This document shows positions 61,093 through 64,000 of a stretch of 64,000 bases of DNA, piece after piece; the first letter of the stretch is position 1, and each line of letters starts with the position of its first letter. Under the pieces are notes generated by a model. It did not search any database. It had not been told where the DNA came from and saw only the letters and a program-made list of their open reading frames with translations. Source of the DNA: Chiloscyllium plagiosum (lineage: Eukaryota); assembly GCF_004010195.1 (NCBI RefSeq), contig NC_057711.1, positions 70,787,018 through 70,851,017 on the forward strand, given 5' to 3'. Made by a program: the position numbers and the translations under genes.

Positions 61093-62590
61093 AAAGAGTT
61101 CTGAGGGAGGTGGCTGAGGAAATAGCAGGGGCGTTGGTTGAGATCTTTCAAAAGTCACTGGAGTCAGGGAAAGTCCCAGATAATTGGAATATCGCCTGTT
61201 GTAACCCCCTTGTTCAAGAAAGGATCAAGACAAAAGATGGAAAATTATAGGCCAATTAGCCTAACCTCGGTTGTTGGTAAAATTCTAGAATCCATCATTA
61301 AGGATAAGGTTTCTAAATTCTTGGAAGAGCAGGGTCGGATTAGAACAAGTCAACATGGATTTAGCAAGGGGAGGTCATGCCTGACAAACCTGTTGGAATC
61401 CTTTGAAGAGGTGACAAGTAGGTTAGACCAGGGAAACCCAGTGGATGTGGTCTACCTAGACTTCCAAAAGGCCTTTGATAAGGTGCCACACAGGAGGCTG
61501 CTGAGCAAGGTGAGGGCCCATGGTGGTCAAGGTGTGCTACTGGTATGGATTGAGGATTGGCTGTCTGACAGAAAGTAGAGAGTTGGGATAAAAGGTTCTT
61601 TTTCGGAATGGCAGCCGGTGACAAGCGGTGTCTCGCAGGGTTCAGTGTTGGGGCCGCAGCTGTTCACGTTATATATTAATGATCTGGATGAAGGGACTGG
61701 GGGCATTCTAGCGAAGTTTGCTGATGATACGAAGTTAGGTGGACAGGCAGGTAGTACTGAGGAAATGGGGAGGCTGTAGAAGGATCTAGACAGTTTGGGA
61801 GAGTGGTCCAGGAATTCAATGTGAGCAAATGCGAGGTCTTGCACTTTGGAAAAAAGAATATAAGCATGGACTACTTTCTAAATGGTAAGAAAATTCATAA
61901 AGTCAAAGTACAAAGGGATCTGGGAGTGCTAGTCGAGGATTCTCTAAGGGTAAACATGCAGTTTGAGTCTGTGATTAAGAAAGCGAATGCAATGTTGTCA
62001 TTTATATCAAGAGGGTTGGAATATAAAAGCAGCGATGTGCTACTGAGCCTTTGTTTTGGTCCCACACCTCAGGAAGGACATACTGGCACTGGAGCATGTC
62101 CAGTGGAGATTCACACGGATGATCCCTGGAATGGTAGGTCTAACATACGAGGAACGGCTGAGGATCCTGGGATTGTATTCATTGGAGTTTAGAAGATTAA
62201 GGGGAGATCTAACAGAAATTTACAAGATAATACATGGCTTGGAAAGGGTGAATGCTAGGAAATTGTTTCTGTTAGGTGAGGAGACTAGGACCCGTGGACA
62301 CAGCCTTAGAATTAGAGGGGGTAAATTCAGAACAGAAATGCAGAGACATTTCTTCAGCCAGAGAGTGGTGGGCCTATGGAATTCATTGCCGCAGAGTGCA
62401 GTGGAGACCGGGACGCTAAACGTCTTCAAGGCAGAGATTGATAAATTCTTGATGTCACAAAGAATTAAGGGCTACAGGGAGAATGCGGGTAAGTGGAGTT
62501 GAAATGCCCATCAGCCATGATTGAATGGCGAAGTGGACTCGATGGGCCGAATGGCCTTACTTCCATTCCTATGTCTTATGTCTTATGTCT
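61093..62590 (+). mobile_element. CR1-clade LINE RT and 3' region (second family)
   Basis: [38 protein letters not shown]; tail (TATGTCT)n. Confidence 0.92.
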
Positions 62591-62992
62591 GATCATCAGT
62601 TCATTAACAAGTTCCATCCGTTTTCTCCTTCTGGTTTCAAATGTATTTGATTTCAGCTAATCCAGCAAATTTTACAGTAAAATCTAAAGGGTTGGGGTGT
62701 GGGGGGTGTGTGGAGGGTGAACGGTGTGGATTTGTCTTTCAAACATGGCAGCTGACAGTGAGGATAAATTCATTGCCTTCAGGAGTAGCATTAGGTTTAA
62801 CAAAACTGCCTGAAACTTTTAGCAAGTTGTTTTTGCTTGACTGTCATGAATTTGAAAGTGCAAGCAGTGCCCTCTGTGAGGTCACTGGACTGAGATAGTG
62901 AGGGAAGAAGGTAGTTGGAAGCCTCATTTCCTGCAAAGATGGAAGGGTGCACTTGTGTACTGTTGACCATCGTTAGTCACAAACACTGAACA

Positions 62993-63254
62993 TGATTAGA
63001 TTCCCTACAGTGTGGAAACAGGCCTTTGAGCCCAACAAGTCAACACCCACCCTCCGAAGAGCAACCCAACCCCCTCTGACTAATGCACCTAACACTATGG
63101 GCAATTTAGCATGGCCAATTCAACTGGCCTGCACATCTTTGGACTGTAGGAGGAAACTGGAGCACCCACATTGACGTGGCCCAAGGCGGGAATTGAACCC
63201 AAGACCCTGGTGCTGTGAGCCATCAGTGCTAACCACTGATCCACCGTGCCGCCC
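62993..63254 (-). mobile_element. HE1-type SINE (internally deleted)
   Basis: Minus strand GGGCGGCACGGTGGATCAGTGGTTAGCACTG...GGTTCAATTCCCGCC. Confidence 0.88.
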
Positions 63255-63499
63255 GATGGTCAATGTGTCAATGACTGCTGCATGAGTGGTATCTTTGATT
63301 TGGAAATATGGTTATGTAATTATGTCTTTGGACTTGAAAAATATTAGCAGTGAGAATGCAGGGAAGTCCCAGCAGTGGCAAGAATTCCTATCCCTCCTGC
63401 CACGCTATTCCACAAGAAGGGCACCCAAGAGAGTTGGAGAGTGGAAGATTATATGAGAAAAATCACACTGAGCCATGGCAAACTGGGAGTCACAAATCT

Positions 63500-64000
63500 C
63501 AATTTACCTGAAAATGAGGACATTCCACAAATGATGCCATCATGAGCTGATGGAGGCTTGTGTCAGCCTTCTGGTTAGTACTTTTGAGAATTGCAATTGT
63601 CACTTGCAATTCAGAGATAACCTGATAGATTCTCAATGAAATGCTGCATATGCTGTTGGAATATATCCTGCATGAGGGACGATCCAAATGGTAAATTGAA
63701 GAAACAATATCTACCTGAAATTGCTCTAAAATTTGCCACTTCCCATGACTCCGGGGAAGGATGTAGGACTTAAATGTATTCTTGGAATCAAGCTTGGAAA
63801 AAAACTTGGCACCTGAGTATTTGGGCTTCAGTTCCTTCAGGACAGGAATCTTGAATGGCATCTCATTAGTGCAATATTCAATTACCTTGATCTAAACATA
63901 AATGTGCGATGCCACTTCTCTTTGTGTCACAAATAATGGAGATATACTAACTGATGTGATGCTGACTTTGTGAATGTTGTAATATAGAATCCAGTTCTAG
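63500..64000 (-). mobile_element. Decayed Gypsy RT fragment (runs off the window)
   Basis: PFKIPVLKEL..KYSGAKFFSKLD RT motif; LCLD upstream. Confidence 0.75.

Noticed and set aside
1..64000. CRISPR arrays, prokaryotic operons or host protein-coding genes
   Set aside because: No repeat-spacer array; every recognisable ORF is transposon-derived and the short ORFs lack homology or splice support

Overview
This is vertebrate genomic DNA, inferred from its repeat families to be from a cartilaginous fish (shark). It carries HE1-type tRNA-derived SINEs with their CR1-clade partner LINE (HER1-like), a Deu-domain SINE, L2 and RTE fragments, one decayed Gypsy provirus with two LTRs, two solo LTRs with 4-bp TSDs, Harbinger transposase and Myb remnants, and many Penelope-like element (PLE) pieces. 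I found no host protein-coding exon, so the window looks intergenic or deep-intronic, with four N-gaps. The best signal lies in the PLE pseudo-LTRs (pLTRs). They carry minimal type I hammerhead ribozyme motifs in at least four sequence families, each with a palindromic stem III. Five short head-to-head 'foldback' PLE insertions (about 125-670 bp) have 8-16 bp TSDs and one arm longer than the other (by about 30-37 nt in four of them). Family names come from recognition of sequence, not from database searches, and most boundaries are approximate.
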